Shown here piece by piece: positions 33,741-44,862 of a stretch of DNA of 64,000 nucleotides. The position numbers were made by a program, and so were the translations under genes. This stretch comes from an uncultured delta proteobacterium. GTDB lineage: Bacteria; Myxococcota; Myxococcia; Myxococcales; Anaeromyxobacteraceae. Numbering within the stretch: the stretch's first letter is position 1; the number at the start of each line of letters is the position of its first letter. The notes beneath the pieces are model-generated. The model ran no database searches and was not told where the DNA came from. It worked only from the letters and a program-made list of their open reading frames with translations. The DNA lies in the NCBI GenBank assembly GCA_963733485.1, contig CAVTDL010000005.1:31733-95732 (forward strand), in the 5' to 3' direction.

Positions 33741-35105
33741 CTACTTGATCCAGACCGTCTTCGTGTTCACGAACGCCCGGATGCCCTCGAGGCCGAGCTC
33801 CCGCCCGTAGCCGGAGGTCTTCACCCCGCCGAACGGGAGGCGCGGGTCGCTCTTCACCATCCCGTTCACGAACACGGCGCCCGCCTCGATGCGCGGCACC
33901 AGCCGCTCGATGGTGGCGGGATCGCGCGTCCACAGCGCCGCGCCCAGGCCGAACTTGGAGTCGTTGGCGAGGGCGACCGCCTCGTCCGCCGACCCGGCGC
34001 GCATCACCACCGCCACCGGCCCGAACAGCTCTTCCTTCGCGGCGACGTTGCCCGGCCCGACGTCGGCGAGCACGCTCGCGGGGTAGAACGCGCCCGGCCC
34101 CGGCGGCACCTCGCACCCGAGCACCGGGCGGGCGCCCTGCGCGATGGCCTGGGTGACCTGTCCGTGCAGCTCGTCCCGGAGCTCCCGCCGCGCCTGCGGG
34201 CCGATGTCGGTGGCCGGATCGCGCGGGTCGCCCACCCGGACGGCGCGCATGGCCGCGGTGAGCTTCTCGAGGAAGGCGTCGTGGACGGGCGCCTCGACGA
34301 TGAAGCGCTTGGCGCAGATGCAGCTCTGCCCGGCGTTGATGGTCCGGGCCACCGCCGCGGTCTTCGCGGCCTGATCGAGATCGGCGTCGGCCAGCACGAT
34401 GAACGGATCCGACCCGCCCAGCTCGAGGACCGAGGGCTTCAGCCCCTCCCCGGCCGCCTCCGCCACCGACCGCCCCGCCGCCTCGCTCCCGGTGATGGTC
34501 GCCGCCGCGATGCGCGGGTCGCGGATGATCCCCTTCACCGCCTTGGCGCCGACCAGCAGGGTCCGGAACAGCTCGCGCGGGAACCCCGCGTCGTGCATCA
34601 CGCGCTCGATCGAGAGGGCGCACTGCGGGACGTTCGAGGCGTGCTTCAGGAGCCCGCCGTTCCCGGCCATGAAGTGGGGCGCGATGAAGCGGAACACCTG
34701 CCAGTAGGGGAAGTTCCAGGGCATGACGGCCAGGATCACGCCCAGCGGATCGAAGCGGACGTAGCTCCTGCCCGCGTCGCTCGGCTCCTCGCGCGGCGCG
34801 AGGTAGCCCTCGGCGCGCTCGGCGTAGTGGTCGCAGACCAGCGCGCACTTGGTCGCCTCGGCGACGCCGTCCTTGAGCGGCTTGCCCATCTCGAGCGCCA
34901 TGAGCCTCGCGAGCTCGGGGGCGCGCTCGCGCAGCAGGGCGGCCGCGCGACGCATGGGCGCGGCCCGCTCCGCGAAGGAGGTGCGGGCCCAGGCGCGCTG
35001 GGCGCGGGCGGCGGCCTCCAGGATGCCGTCGATCTCGGCGGGGGTCATCTCGGGGAAGGTCGCGACGCGCTCCCCGGTCGAGGGGTCCAGCGACTCGATG
35101 GCCAT
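33741..35105 (-). CDS. NAD(P)-dependent succinate-semialdehyde dehydrogenase (Sad-like)
   Basis: [60 protein letters not shown]. Confidence 0.92.
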   Translation of the reverse strand: MAIESLDPSTGERVATFPEMTPAEIDGILEAAARAQRAWARTSFAERAAPMRRAAALLRERAPELARLMALEMGKPLKDGVAEATKCALVCDHYAERAEGYLAPREEPSDAGRSYVRFDPLGVILAVMPWNFPYWQVFRFIAPHFMAGNGGLLKHASNVPQCALSIERVMHDAGFPRELFRTLLVGAKAVKGIIRDPRIAAATITGSEAAGRSVAEAAGEGLKPSVLELGGSDPFIVLADADLDQAAKTAAVARTINAGQSCICAKRFIVEAPVHDAFLEKLTAAMRAVRVGDPRDPATDIGPQARRELRDELHGQVTQAIAQGARPVLGCEVPPGPGAFYPASVLADVGPGNVAAKEELFGPVAVVMRAGSADEAVALANDSKFGLGAALWTRDPATIERLVPRIEAGAVFVNGMVKSDPRLPFGGVKTSGYGRELGLEGIRAFVNTKTVWIK

Positions 35106-35132
35106 GTCGTCCTCCAGCTCGGAGAAGGTTCT

Positions 35133-36260
35133 TCAGCCCTGCGGCAGCAGCACCTGGCGGACGGCCGCGCCCGCGGCGAGCGTCTCGAAGGCCTCGTTGA
35201 TCCGGTCGAGCGGCATCGCGTCGCTCTGCAGGCGATCGACGGGCATCCGCCCCGCCCTCCACAGCGCAATGTAGCGCGGGACGTCCCGCTGTGGCGCGGA
35301 CGATCCCATGTACGAGCCGACGAGCGTCCGCCCCTCCCCCGCGAAGGCGAGCGCCGGGAGCGTCAGCGTGCGCGACGGGTGCGGCAATCCCATCGCGACG
35401 GTGGTCCCTCCCCGTCGGGTGGCCTTGAAGGCCGCCTCCAGGACCGCCGGGACGCCGGCGGCCTCGAACCCGACCTCCGCGCCGCCGCCGGTCAGGTCCT
35501 TCACCGCCTTCTCGGCCTGCTCCGGCGCGTAGGCGTGGGTCGCTCCCAGCTCGAGCGCCAGCCGGCGCTTCGCCTCCACCGGATCGACCGCGACGATCGG
35601 CCACGCCCCCGCCACCGCCGCCCCCATGACCGAGGCGAGCCCCACCCCGCCGAGGCCGAAGACCGCCACCGACTGCCCGGGCCGGACGCCCGCGGTGTTG
35701 AGGACCGCGCCCGCGCCCGTGAGCACGGCGCACCCGAAGAGCGCCACGGTGGGGAGCGGGATGTCCCGGGGGACCACCACCGCCGACTCCCGGGCCACCA
35801 CGGCGTGGCGGGCGAAGCCGGAGACGCCGAGGTGGTGGTGGATGGGCTTGCCCTCCCGGTCGCGCAGGACCGACGGCCCGTGGAGGAGCGCGCCGGTCCC
35901 GTTGGCGAGCGCGGCCGGGATGCAGAGGGCGGGCCGCCCGGAGGAGCACTCGACGCACCGCCCGCAGCTCGGGACGAAGGTGAGCACCACGTGGTCCCCC
36001 GGGTGGACGTCGCCGACGCCCGGGCCGACCTCCTCCACCACGCCCGCGGCCTCGTGGCCGAGCGCCATCGGGAGCGGGCGGACGCGCGAGCCGTCCACCA
36101 CCGAGAGGTCGGAGTGGCAGACGCCGGCGGCCTCGAGCCGGACCAGGAGCTCCCCCGCCCGCGGCGCGAGGAGCTCCACCTCCTCGAGCTGCATGGGGCG
36201 CGAGTCGGTGTACGGGCGACGGTCGGTGACGGCGCGCAGGACGGCGGCGACGGTCTTCAT
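35133..36260 (-). CDS. Zinc-dependent alcohol dehydrogenase
   Basis: GVCHSD, LGHEAAG, CGRCVEC..C, FGCAVLTG, FGLGGVG. Confidence 0.93.
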   Translation of the reverse strand: MKTVAAVLRAVTDRRPYTDSRPMQLEEVELLAPRAGELLVRLEAAGVCHSDLSVVDGSRVRPLPMALGHEAAGVVEEVGPGVGDVHPGDHVVLTFVPSCGRCVECSSGRPALCIPAALANGTGALLHGPSVLRDREGKPIHHHLGVSGFARHAVVARESAVVVPRDIPLPTVALFGCAVLTGAGAVLNTAGVRPGQSVAVFGLGGVGLASVMGAAVAGAWPIVAVDPVEAKRRLALELGATHAYAPEQAEKAVKDLTGGGAEVGFEAAGVPAVLEAAFKATRRGGTTVAMGLPHPSRTLTLPALAFAGEGRTLVGSYMGSSAPQRDVPRYIALWRAGRMPVDRLQSDAMPLDRINEAFETLAAGAAVRQVLLPQG

Positions 36261-36931
36261 GCGTGACTCCTGCCGGGCTCCGGCGCCCGCGGGGGCGCGA
36301 CCTGGCCGCGGTCGATGTGAAACACCACGTCGAGCAGCTTGCGGGAGTGCGAGAGGTCCGACTCGGAGAGGATCACGGACATCCCCTCGTCGCGGAGCAG
36401 GGCCACCACCTGGGCCAGCCGGGCCGCCAGCACCGGCGCGACCCCCTCGAACGGCTCGTCGAGGAGCAGGAGCCTCGTCCCGCTCATCAGCGCGCGCGCC
36501 AGCGCGACCAGCTTCTGCTGCCCGCCGGAGAGCTGGAGCCCCTTGCGGTCCCGGAGGACCTCGATCTCCGGGATCATGCGCTGGATGCGGGCGAGCCGCT
36601 CCGGCGCGTCCCGGGCGCCCGACGCCCAGGCCGGCAGGAGCACGTTCTCCTCCACCGTGAGCTGCGGGATGATCCGGCGGTCCTCGGGCATGTAGCCGAT
36701 GCCGAGCCGGGCCCGCTGGTGGGCCGGGAGGCCGACCAGCGGCCGGCCGTCGAGCGCGAGCGCGCCGGCCGCCGGCTGGAGGGCGCCGATGATGGTGCGC
36801 ATGAGCGTGGTCTTGCCGGCGCCGTTCCGGCCGATCAGCCCGGCGAGCTGCCCCGGCGCGAGCCGGAGGCTCACGCCGCGCAGGATGCGGACCGACTTGA
36901 TCGAGACGTCGAGCCCGTCGATGGTCAGCAC
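36257..36931 (-). CDS. Liv-type ABC transporter ATP-binding protein (LivF-like)
   Basis: GRNGAGKT, LSGGQ, LLLDEP. Confidence 0.92.
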   Translation of the reverse strand: MLTIDGLDVSIKSVRILRGVSLRLAPGQLAGLIGRNGAGKTTLMRTIIGALQPAAGALALDGRPLVGLPAHQRARLGIGYMPEDRRIIPQLTVEENVLLPAWASGARDAPERLARIQRMIPEIEVLRDRKGLQLSGGQQKLVALARALMSGTRLLLLDEPFEGVAPVLAARLAQVVALLRDEGMSVILSESDLSHSRKLLDVVFHIDRGQVAPPRAPEPGRSHA

Positions 36932-37701
36932 GTGCCCTCCGCGGCCGGCGGCGCGGCCTCCCCCACCACGTAGCGGCGCACGCTCGCGTCGGCCAGCACC
37001 GCCTCGGGCGCCCCGTCGGCGATCACCCGCCCGTCGTAGAAGGCGAGGACGCGCTGCGTGTAGCGCCGGACGATGTCCATGTCGTGCTCGACGAACAGCA
37101 CCGTGACCTTCTCGGCCCGGATCGCGTCGAGCACCAGGTCCATGAGCGCGAACTTCTCGTCGGCCGAGACGCCGCTGGTCGGCTCGTCGAGGAGCAGGAC
37201 GCGCGGCTTCACCGCGAGCGCCATGGCGATGTCGAGGAGCTTGCGCACGCCCTCCGGCAGGACGCTGGCCGGAGCGTCCCGGTACTCGCGCAGCCGGAAC
37301 CGGTCGAGCATCTCCTCCGCCACGGCCTCGGGCGGCTGATCGCCGAGCGCGCTCCCCACGAACGCCTTCCGCCCCAGCGAGACGATGTCCAGGCCCACCC
37401 GCAGGTTCTCGAGGACGGTGAGCGCGTCGAAGACCTGCGGGATCTGGAACGAGCGGCAGACGCCGAGGCGGGTGATCTTGCGCGGGGCGAGCCCGGTGAC
37501 GTCCTGTCCGAGGAACCGGACCTTGCCGGCGGTCGGCTTCAGGTACCCGGTGACGAGGTTCAGGAAGGTGGTCTTCCCGGCCCCGTTGCCGCCGATCAGC
37601 CCGACGACGGTGTCCTCCTCGAAGGACACGCTGATGTCGGCCGCGGCGGTGACCGCGCCGAAGGTCTTGGTGAGCCCGATCGCCTCGAGGATGGCGGTCA
37701 C
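36925..37701 (-). CDS. Liv-type ABC transporter ATP-binding protein (LivG-like)
   Basis: GGNGAGKT, RSFQIP, LLLDEPTSG, VEHDMD. Confidence 0.92.
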   Translation of the reverse strand: MTAILEAIGLTKTFGAVTAAADISVSFEEDTVVGLIGGNGAGKTTFLNLVTGYLKPTAGKVRFLGQDVTGLAPRKITRLGVCRSFQIPQVFDALTVLENLRVGLDIVSLGRKAFVGSALGDQPPEAVAEEMLDRFRLREYRDAPASVLPEGVRKLLDIAMALAVKPRVLLLDEPTSGVSADEKFALMDLVLDAIRAEKVTVLFVEHDMDIVRRYTQRVLAFYDGRVIADGAPEAVLADASVRRYVVGEAAPPAAEGTC

Positions 37702-38643
37702 GCGCGCACCCGGCGCCGTCGGAGGAACAGCGACCAGAGCCCCTCCGGCAGGAAGAGGATCACCGCCAGCATCGCCCCGCCGACCACCAGCTGCCAGGTG
37801 TTGGGGGCGTGCTCGTACGCGAAGCTGCGGAGCAGCTCGAGCAGGACGGCGCCGACGAAGGGCGCCACCACGTTCCCGGTGCCGGAGAGGATGGCGACGA
37901 ACACGAACTCGCCGGAGGTGGTCCAGTACGCCATCTCCGGATCGATGTGCCCGACCGTGAGCGCGATGAGCGCGCCGCCGATGCCGGCCAGCACCGCGGC
38001 GATCACGAAGTTCAGGTGGACCAGGTTGCGCACCGACGCGCCCATGTACTCGACGCGGAGCTCGTTGTCGCGCATCGCCGGGGCCAGGCGGCCGAGCCGG
38101 GAGCGGAGGATAGACCTCGAGCGCCATGGCCGCGACGAAGGCGGAGAGCGCGACCAGCGCGAAGCTGGCGTGGCGCCCGAGCGGCCCGCCCGGCGCGAGG
38201 CCGAACACCGTCCGCGCCGCCACGTTGAACCCGTCGGTCGAGCCGAGCGCGACGTCTTCACCAGCAGGCCGTACAGGATCATCGAGAACGCCAGGCTCAG
38301 CATCGCGAAGAAGATGCCGCGGTAGCGGGCCAGCAGCAGGCCGAGCACCGCGGCCACCGCGGCGGCCGCCAGCGCCCCGAGCAGCACCATGGGCGCCGCG
38401 TCGCCGACGTGGAGGGCGTCGCCCGCCAGCCCGGCCGCGTAGGCGCCGATGGCGTAGTAGAGCCCCTGGCCGAAGGAGACCAGGCCGGTGCGCATCAGCA
38501 GCAGCAGGCCGAGCACGACCAGCCCCTTGCCGAGCGAGACCGTCACCAGGAAGCGGGCCCAGCTCGGCAGGAAGGGGCCGACCACGAGCACGACGACCAG
38601 CGCCGCGGCGAGCCCGAGCCCCGGGGCGGCGGAACGCGCTCAT
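37698..38643 (-). CDS. Liv-type ABC permease (LivM-like); frameshifted
   Basis: TGLVSFGQ, GIFFAMLSLAF, MRDNELR, ILSGTG. Confidence 0.85.
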
Positions 38644-39539
38644 ATCTTCCGCGCCTCCGCCGCCACGAACAGCCCGCGCGGCCGGAACGCCAGCACCAGC
38701 GCCATCACCAGGTAGATGCTGAAGAGCTCGACCTCGGGGAGCAGGTGGACCGAGCCCGAGCGCACCAGCCCGACGATGACCGCGCCGAGCGCCGCGCCCG
38801 CCAGGCTGCCCAGCCCGCCGATGACCACCACCGCGAAGGCGAGCACGATCACCTCGACGCCCATGCCCGGGACGACCGACACGGTCGGCGCGGTGAGCGC
38901 GCCGCCGAGCGCCGCCAGCGTGGTCCCGAGCGTGAAGGTGACGAGGTAGACGCGGCCGACGTTGATGCCCATCGCCGCGCTCACCTCGCGGTCGTGGATC
39001 ACCGCGAGCAGCAGCTTGCCGTGGCGCGTCCGCGTAGATGCCGAACCGGAGCGCCAGCGCCGACCGCCACCGCGGCGATCACCAGCAGCACGTTGTACAC
39101 CGGGTAGGTCAGGTCGCCGAGCTCGACGTTGCCGAGCAGGCCGTACGGCTCGGAGACGAAGTACGACTCGACGCCCCAGATCAGCTTGATCACGTCCTCG
39201 AGGATCAGGAACAGCGCGTAGGTGACGAGCACCAGCACGATCTCGTCCTTGCCGTACATGAAGCGCAGCAGGCCGCGCTCGATGGCGGGCCCACCACGAC
39301 GCCGACCAGGATCGCCGAGACCACCAGCACCGCGTAGCTCCCGAGCGGCGGGAGCCCGGCCCGCAGCCAGGCGCCGGCCAGCGACGCGGCCACGTAGGCG
39401 CCGAGCGCGTAGAGGCTGCCGTGCGCCATGTTGAGGATCTTCATGACGCCGTAGATCAGCGTCAGCCCGACGGCGATGATGAACAGCCACGACGAGTAGA
39501 TGATCCCGTCGACCAGGATGGCGACGAGGCCGTGCTCAC
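38640..39539 (-). CDS. Liv-type ABC permease (LivH-like); frameshifted
   Basis: KILNMAHGSLY, AMGINV, VVIGGLGSLAGA, RPRGLF. Confidence 0.85.
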
Positions 39540-39583
39540 GGCGACCTCGCCGAGTCTGCGCGCCCGGGGCGACGCCGCGGCGC

Positions 39584-40921
39584 TCACTTCCGCGCGACCG
39601 GCTTCACGCCTTGAACCCGTCTTGATCCAGTCGGCGCTCTTCACGCCGTCCGGCGGGTTGACCTTGTCCGGCCGGGTAGCTGCTTCACGTTCACGACGGT
39701 GAGCTTGCCGCCGGCCGTGCTTGACCGTCCCGTAGACGGTGCCCTGCGACCGCCTGGTGCCCCTTGCCGAGCGCCATCGTCGACCTTGCCGCTCGGGCGT
39801 CTCGAAGGTGAGCCTCTCGAACGCGGCGATCACCTGGTCCTGGCTCGGCGCTGGCCGCCGCCGCCCTGCGCCTTCTCGTAGGCCGCCTTCAGGCCGAGGA
39901 GCGCCTGCGCCATCTGGTAGGCGGGGTAGTTCGGCGACGACGCACGTAGCGGTCCTCGTACGCGTCGCGGAACCAGCGGTTGAGCTCGTTGTCCGGCGCG
40001 AACACGCCGTAGGGCCCGCGCGCGCCGATGACTGGTGCCGTCGGGGATCTGCGTACCGGCCGCTCGCAGCGTGGCGGTCTCGCCGGCGGTCAGGACCACG
40101 GTGGTCTTCTTGAAGCAGCGCCGCGCGGCACCCCTGCAGGATCGAAGCGCCTCGAGGTCGCCGCCCCAGAAGCTCGAGTGGATCGACGTCGGCGCCGGCC
40201 GCTCAGCAGCGCCGAGATCTCGGCGCCGTACTGCCCGGCCAGCAGCTTCGGCATCTGCGAGGTGGTGATCTGGACGTCGGGGCTTGAGCACCTTCATGGC
40301 CGCCTCGAAGTCGTTCCAGGAGTCCTGGCCCCAGGCGTAGTTCTGGTTGATGCCGGCGATCGGTCTTCAGCGTTCGGCATCATCTCGGTCACGTAGAGCG
40401 CGGCGCGCCACGTTGTCCATGGCGGCGTGGCGCGCCGGTGCGGAACACGTACTTGTAGCTCGCGTCCTCGAAGATGCGCGGCGTGCCGCAGTCGAAGAAG
40501 ATGGTGAGCTTCTTCAGCTCCTCGGCCACCGGCGCCACCGCCAGGCAGTCGCCGCTGGAGATGTAGCCGATCACCGCGTCGACGTTCTGGCGCTGGACCA
40601 GGTTGCGGAACTCGGTGACCTGCTTGGTCGTGCCGCCCGCCTCGTCGACGAAGACGCAGCTGCGATCGGCGCGCCGCCGAGCCCCTTGGTGGCGTAGGGC
40701 GCCGGCATCTTCCCGGCGTTGAGCGCCTCGACGATGACCTCGGCGCCGTTCCGCGCCGGCACGCCGAACGGGCCGGCGGCCGCGCCGGACAGGAAGGTGA
40801 CGATGCCGATCTTGAAGGGCGCGGGCTCGGCCGCGGGCGCTTGCGCGCGAGCGCCGCCGGCCGCGCCGAGCGCGATCAGGACTGCGATGGGGAGCAGCGT
40901 GCGACGATGCGGTGCGTTCAT
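39584..40921 (-). CDS. Liv-type ABC substrate-binding protein; heavily frameshifted
   Basis: Signal peptide, KIGIVTFLSGAAAGPFG, IGYISSGDCLAVAPVAEELK, HSSFWGGDL. Confidence 0.78.
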
Positions 40922-41085
40922 GTCACTCCTCCGTCGGGTTCGTGAAGCGGTGACTCTCGAGGACCATCTGCGTCAGGTGGAGCTCCATCAAGGGGCGACT
41001 CGGGGACCTCCGGGCGGGGGGCCGGGCGCCGCCCTCGCATCCGCGCTGCGTCGGGGAGCCGGCCCGGTCCGGCCGCCCCCTCCCT

Positions 41086-42514
41086 TCACTCCGGGATGCC
41101 GAGCACCTTCTTCGCGAGCCTCGCCTTGCCCGGGAGATCCGCCTGCCGGAGCATGACGATCCGCTGGGCCTGCGGCGAGCCGGCGCCGTGGAGGGCCTCG
41201 ACCAGCGTCGACACCGAGGTCATCCCCTCGATGTAGCGGACCAGCTTCCGCTTGGTGTCGGTGTCCGTGCCGCTCTTCCCGGCGAAGTACTTGCGGAGGA
41301 GGCCGCCGATCTCGCCGCTCTGGAAGTCGGCGTCGGCCGGGAGGGTCGAGAGGATCCCGCCCCCGACGTCGTGCGCCAGCCGGGCCACCTGGTACACGAA
41401 GCGCGTGACGTTCTGCTTCACGGTGTTGGCGAGGAGCGGATCCACCAGCCAGTTCCCGGCCGGGAGCCGCTTCGCGAGCGCCGACGAGCCGATCGCGCCG
41501 GCGAAGTTGGTCTCCACCAGGTGCACCATCTCGGTGAGCTTGTCCTTCACGATGGCGTTCCCGAGGGTGCCGCTCAGCTCGGCCAGCAGCGCCGTCGCGC
41601 CGAGCAGCACGTCGGCGTTCCCGGCCTTGCAGCCGCCGTAGTTGGCGCGGTGCCACGCCGCGAAGCGGTCGACCAGGACGCCGGCGAACTCCCCCTCGCC
41701 GGCCAGGAACACCCGCTCGGTCGGGACGAACACGTCCTCGAAGATGAGGGTGCACTCGCCCCCGACGACGCCGTAGGGCGTGCCGCAGTCGATGCCCTCC
41801 TCCTCCTTGCGGTCGTCGTTGGTCTGGCGGCCGAACACCAGGGTCAGGCCGGGGGCGTCGACCGGCACGGCGCAGGAGACGGCGTAGTCCGCCCCCTCCG
41901 GCGGCACGCCCAGGGTCGGCATCACCAGGATCTCGTGGGAGTTCAGCGACCCCGTGATGTGGGCCTTCGCCCCGCGGATCACGATGCCGTCGGGACGGCG
42001 CGCCACGATGCGCACGTACAGGTCGGGATCGGCCTGCTTCCACGGCGGGAGGCGACCGGTCGCCCTTCACGTCGGTCATCGCCCCCGCGCACATGAGGTC
42101 CTCGCGCTGGACCCGCGCGAGGAAGCGCAGGAAGCGCTGGTGGTAGTCGGTCCCCCGGGCGCGGTCGACGTCGTGGCTCACCGAGAAGATGGCGTTGATC
42201 GCGTCCAGGCCGACGCAGCGCTGGAAGCAGGTGCCGGTCTCCTGGCCGACGAGGCGGAGCATCTCGATCTTCTTGAGGAGGTCGTCGACGCTCCAGAAGA
42301 GGTGGGTGAACCGCGAGATCCTCGATCCGTCCAGGCTCGAGGTGGCGGTCATCACGTCCTCGTGGGTGCGGCGGAGGTCGTAGGTGGCCGCCGCGGTGCG
42401 CACGTGGGGCGCCATGGCGGGGTGGTCGTAGGGGTGCTCGATGCGCTCGCCGCGGTAGAAGACCCTGGGCTTCAGCTTCCTGAGGCTCTCGACGTACTCG
42501 GTTCCGTTCATCAT
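41086..42514 (-). CDS. abfD: 4-hydroxybutyryl-CoA dehydratase / vinylacetyl-CoA isomerase; frameshift near 42050
   Basis: TGTCFQRCVG, GAMTDVKGDRS, GAKAHITG, GGECT, WHRANYGGCKAG and EALHGAGSPQAQR. The 3Cys+His Fe-S ligands and catalytic Glu motifs are present. Confidence 0.85.
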
Positions 42515-42516
42515 GA

Positions 42517-44079
42517 TCAGGCTTCCTCCCGGGCGCGGTCGGCCCACTCCTGTTGCAGCTGCTTCTTCAGGACCTTCCCGCCGGCGTTGCGCGGGATCCT
42601 CTCGACGACGCGGACCGAGACCGGGACCTTGTAGTCGGCGAGCCGGCCGCGGCAGTGGGCCACCACCTCCCCCGGCGCCACCCGGGCGCCGGGGAGCGGC
42701 ACCACGCAGGCGGCGGGGACCTCCCCGAAGACCGGGTGAGGCACGCCGAACACCGCCGCGTCCATCACCCCGGGACACGCGGCGAGCACGTTCTCGACCT
42801 CGAGGCCGTAGACCTTCTCGCCGCCCCGGTTGATCATGTCCTTGGTGCGATCGAGGATGAAGACGAACCCGTCCCCGTCGATCCGCGCCACGTCGCCGGT
42901 GCGGAGCCAGCCGTCGCGGATGGCCGCCGCCGTCTTCTCGGGCGCGCCCCAGTAGCCCTGCACGACGTGCGGGCCGCGGAGGTGGAGCTCACCGGCGCTC
43001 CCGGGCGGCAGCGGCCGCCCTGCCTCGTCGCGCACCTCGGCCTCGGTGCCGGGCACCGGCAGCCCCACCGAGCCCGCCCTGGTGAGCACCGCCTCCGCCG
43101 GCAGCACCGTCCCGAGCGACGAGCACTCGGTGAGCCCGTAGCAGTTGTGCAGCTCCACGCCGGGGAGGAGCCGCCGGATGGCCTGGATGGTCTCCGGATC
43201 CATGGGCGCCCCGCCGTAGGCGGCCAGGCGGACGTGGGAGAGATCGTACCGGTCCAGATCGTCGCGGAGCGCGATGAGCTTGTAGATGGCCGGCACGAGG
43301 AACAGGGTGGTCACCTCGTGACGGCCGGCCAGCTCGAGCATCGGCCCGGTCTCGTACTCCTGCTGGAGCACCGCGGTGGCGCCGGCGGCGAGGAGCGCCA
43401 GGAGCTGCGAGTGCAGGCCGGTCACGTGGAAGAGCGGGAGCGTGAGGAGCCCGACGTCGTCCTCGCGGTAGCCGAGCGTCCGCCGGCACGAGGCCACGTT
43501 GAAGAGCGCGTTCGCGTGGGAGATCATCGCGCCCTTGGGGAACCCGGTCGTGCCCGAGGTGTAGAGCAGGCAGGCCACGTCGCCGCGCGCCACCGGCGCC
43601 GGGGCGAGCAGCGGCGCCCCGTCGAGCGCCGCCGCGAACGGCACCGCGTCGCCCCGGGCCTCGTCCACCAGCACCCAGGTCCGGACCGAGCGCGCCTCCG
43701 GCAGCGCGGCCAGCCGCGCGTGGTGCGCGCTCGTCGTCACCACCGCCGAGGCCCCGCAGTCGGAGAGCACGTAGCCCAGCTCCCCCGGCGAGAGCCGGAG
43801 GTTCATGGGGACCGCCACGGCCCCGGCCGCGACCGCGCCGAGGTAGGCGACCGCGAACTCGGGCAGGTTGGGGAGGAGGATCCCCACGCGCGCGCCGCGG
43901 CCGGCGCGCTCCGCCACGAAGGCCGCGAACCGGGCGCAGTCCTCCTGCAGCGCGCGGTAGGTGACCGTCCGCGCCCCGTGGACGATCGCGACCTTCTCCG
44001 GGACGCGGCGCGCCTGGATCCAGGGGATCTCGGCGATCGACCCGAGGCGGAGGGGGTCCTCGAGCGGCGAGGTCACCAT
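42517..44079 (-). CDS. AMP-forming acyl-CoA ligase
   Basis: YTSGTTGFPKG, YGLTE, LRTGD, DRTKDMINRGGEKVY, LADYKVP, GKVLK. Confidence 0.93.
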   Translation of the reverse strand: MVTSPLEDPLRLGSIAEIPWIQARRVPEKVAIVHGARTVTYRALQEDCARFAAFVAERAGRGARVGILLPNLPEFAVAYLGAVAAGAVAVPMNLRLSPGELGYVLSDCGASAVVTTSAHHARLAALPEARSVRTWVLVDEARGDAVPFAAALDGAPLLAPAPVARGDVACLLYTSGTTGFPKGAMISHANALFNVASCRRTLGYREDDVGLLTLPLFHVTGLHSQLLALLAAGATAVLQQEYETGPMLELAGRHEVTTLFLVPAIYKLIALRDDLDRYDLSHVRLAAYGGAPMDPETIQAIRRLLPGVELHNCYGLTECSSLGTVLPAEAVLTRAGSVGLPVPGTEAEVRDEAGRPLPPGSAGELHLRGPHVVQGYWGAPEKTAAAIRDGWLRTGDVARIDGDGFVFILDRTKDMINRGGEKVYGLEVENVLAACPGVMDAAVFGVPHPVFGEVPAACVVPLPGARVAPGEVVAHCRGRLADYKVPVSVRVVERIPRNAGGKVLKKQLQQEWADRAREEA

Positions 44080-44843
44080 ATGGTCCACCCTCCGTCGACG
44101 TAGACGGTCTGGCCGGTGACGAAGTCGGAGGCGCGGGAGGCGAGGTACACGAGCGTGCCCTCGAGCTCCTCCGGCTGCCCCCAGCGGCCCATGGGCGTGC
44201 GCTCGTTGATGAACCGGAAGCGCGCCGGATCGTCCCGGAGGGCCGCGACCAGCGGCGTCTCGAAGTAGGTGGGGCCGATGGCGTTCACGTTGACGCCGTG
44301 CCGCGCCCACTCGATCGCGAGCACCTTGGTGAGCTGGACGACGCCGCCCTTGCTCGCGGCGTAGGCGAGCTGGTTGTTCATGCCCACCGCGCCGAAGATG
44401 GAGGAGACGTTGACCACCTTCCCCTTGCCGCGCGCCACCATGTGGGCGCCGACCTCGCGCGCCACCAGGAAGTAGCCCTTGAGGTTGGTGTCCACGACGC
44501 GGTCCCACTCCTCCTCGGACAGCTCGAGCGCGGGCTTGCGGACGTTCACCCCCGCGTTGTTCACGAGGATGTCGATCCGCTCGAAGGCCTCGAGGGCCGA
44601 CGTCACCGCCCGGCGGACGCTGCCCGCGTCGAGCACGTCGAGCGGGAAGACCTCGGCGCGCACCCCCAGCTCCTCCACGGCCGCGCGGGTGGAGCCGAGC
44701 CCCTCCAGATCCCGGGCGCAGAGCGCCAGCGCGGCGCCGGCCCGCGCCAGGCCGATCGCCATCGCCCGGCCGAGCCCCCTCGACGCGCCCGTCACCAGGG
44801 CGACCTGGCCCGTCAGATCGAAGAGCGCGCTCCGCATCGCCAC
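44073..44843 (-). CDS. SDR family oxidoreductase (gluconate 5-dehydrogenase-like)
   Basis: TGASRGLG, NNAG, YAASK, VDGG. Confidence 0.93.
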   Translation of the reverse strand: MAMRSALFDLTGQVALVTGASRGLGRAMAIGLARAGAALALCARDLEGLGSTRAAVEELGVRAEVFPLDVLDAGSVRRAVTSALEAFERIDILVNNAGVNVRKPALELSEEEWDRVVDTNLKGYFLVAREVGAHMVARGKGKVVNVSSIFGAVGMNNQLAYAASKGGVVQLTKVLAIEWARHGVNVNAIGPTYFETPLVAALRDDPARFRFINERTPMGRWGQPEELEGTLVYLASRASDFVTGQTVYVDGGWTIW

Positions 44844-44862
44844 GGCCTCTCCTCCCCTGCCG

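Noticed and set aside
38100-40921. Second ABC system as a decaying pseudogene cluster
   Set aside because: Frameshifts are densest here but also break engB, coaE and many other genes, consistent with long-read indel error. Pseudogene status cannot be called without polishing.
41086-42514. 4-hydroxyphenylacetate 3-monooxygenase (HpaB) annotation
   Set aside because: Same fold family, but the CFQRC and H-x6-C Fe-S ligands are AbfD-specific, and no flavin reductase or ring-cleavage genes are adjacent.
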